A DNA stretch of 64,000 bases from Macrostomum hystrix (lineage: Eukaryota; Animalia; Platyhelminthes): assembly GCA_950097015.1 (NCBI GenBank), contig CATNEN010000038.1:10602001-10666000 (forward strand). The letters are read 5' to 3'. Below are positions 62,435-64,000 of the stretch, in pieces. The position numbers and the translations under genes were made by a program. The notes beneath the pieces were generated by a model that did not search any database, was not told where the DNA came from, and saw nothing but the letters and a program-made list of their open reading frames with translations. How positions within the stretch are numbered: position 1 is the stretch's first letter; every line of letters begins with the position of its first letter.

Positions 62435-64000
62435 GTACTGAAAGTACTCAAACCCTTCTCAATCTACTCAAACTGAAAGTACTCAAACTCTTCTCTATCA
62501 ACTCAAACTGAAAGTACTCAAAACCTTCTCAATCTACTCAAACTGAAAGTACTCAAACCCTTCTCAATCTACTCAAACTGAAAGTACTCAAACCCTTCTC
62601 AATCTACTCAAACTGAAAGTACTCAAACCCTTCTCAATCTACTCAAACTGAAAGTACTCAAACCCTTCTCAATCTACTCAAACTGAAAGTACTCAGACCC
62701 TTCTCAATCTACTCAAACTGAAAGTACTCAAACCCTTCTCAATCTACTCAAACTGAAAGTACTCAAGCCCTTCTCAATCTACTCAAACTGAAAGTACTCA
62801 GACCCTTCTCAATCTACTCAAACTGAAAGTACTCAAACCCTTCTCAATCTACTCAAACTGAAAGTACTCAAACCCTTCTCAATCTACTCAAACTGAAAGT
62901 ACTCAAACCCTTCTCAATCTACTCAAACTGAAAGTACTCAAACCCTTCTCAATCTACTCAAACTGAAAGTACTCAAACCCTTCTCAATCTACTCAAACTG
63001 AAAGTACTCAAACCCTTCTCAATCTACTCAAACTGAAAGTACTCAAAACCTTCTCAATCTACTCAAACTGAAAGTACTCAAACCTTTCTCAATCTACTCA
63101 AACTGAAAGTACTCAAACCCTTCTCAATCTACTCAAACTGAAAGTACTCAAACCCTTCTCAATCTACTCAAACTGAAAGTACTCAAACCCTTCTCAATCT
63201 ACTCAAACTGAAAGTACTCAAACCCTTCTCAATCTACTCAAACTGAAAGTACTCAAACCCTTCTCAATCTACTCAAACTGAAAGTACTCAAACCCTTCTC
63301 AATCTACTCAAACTGAAAGTACTCAAACCCTTCTCAATCTACTCAAACTGAAAGTACTCAAACCCTTCTCAATCTACTCAAACTGAAAGTACTCAAACCT
63401 TTCTCAATCTACTCAAACTGAAAGTACTCAAACCCTTCTCAATCTACTCAAACTGAAAGTACTCAAACCCTTCTCAATCTACTCAAACTGAAAGTACTCA
63501 AACCCTTCTCAATCTACTCAAACTGAAAGTACTCAAACCTTTCTCAATCTACTCAAACTGAAAGTACTCAAACTCTTCTCTATCAACTCAAACTGAAAGT
63601 ACTCAAAACCTTCTCAATCTACTCAAACTGAAAGTACTCAAAACCTTCTCAATCTACTCAAACTGAAAGTACTCAAACCTTTCTCAATCTACTCAAACTG
63701 AAAGTACTCAAACCCTTCTCAATCTACTCAAACTGAAAGTACTCAAACCCTTCTCAATCTACTCAAACTGAAAGTACTCAAACCCTTCTCAATCTACTCA
63801 AACTGAAAGTACTCAAACCCTTCTCAATCTACTCAAACTGAAAGTACTCAAACCCTTCTCAATCTACTCAAACTGAAAGTACTCAAACCCTTCTCAATCT
63901 ACTCAAACTGAAAGTACTCAAACCCTTCTCAATCTACTCAAACTGAAAGTACTCAAACCTTTCTCAATCTACTCAAACTGAAAGTACTCAAACCCTTCTC
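62435..64000. repeat. Minisatellite, 35-bp unit ACTGAAAGTACTCAAACCCTTCTCAATCTACTCAA, running off the window
   Basis: Very homogeneous tandem array. Confidence 0.97.

Overview
Eukaryotic (metazoan) genomic DNA with spliceosomal GT-AG introns. The style (GC-rich Ala/Gln-rich exons, many unrelated minisatellites, tRNA-derived SINEs) suggests a free-living flatworm such as Macrostomum; this is inference only. Minus strand, left part: folylpolyglutamate synthase (FPGS), an intronless 750-aa Q/P/H-rich protein with a degenerate HMG-box-like segment, and a 243-aa protein sharing its N-terminal helical motif. Plus strand, middle: FBXL6-like F-box/LRR gene, HINT, TMEM232. Minus strand, right part: a multi-exon Cad87A/CDH23-like cadherin and the last two exons of a Deltex-family E3 ligase. 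Mobile DNA: a frameshifted DD34D mariner, four hAT-type MITE copies of three families with 8-bp TSDs, a Foldback-like MULE with a 9-bp TSD, a decayed Merlin element and two SINE families. About a quarter of the window is tandem arrays with mostly different units. Best leads: (1) an AUG-less, in-frame mitochondrial-presequence-like extension of HINT starting exactly at an orphan splice acceptor, where a flatworm spliced-leader AUG could act as start codon; (2) two neighbouring genes sharing an unrecognised domain; (3) clustered TA-G(n)C(n)-TA micro-palindromes that look like transposon footprints and lie in CpG-depleted zones, with direct CpG decay visible between the two TIRs of the Merlin element.
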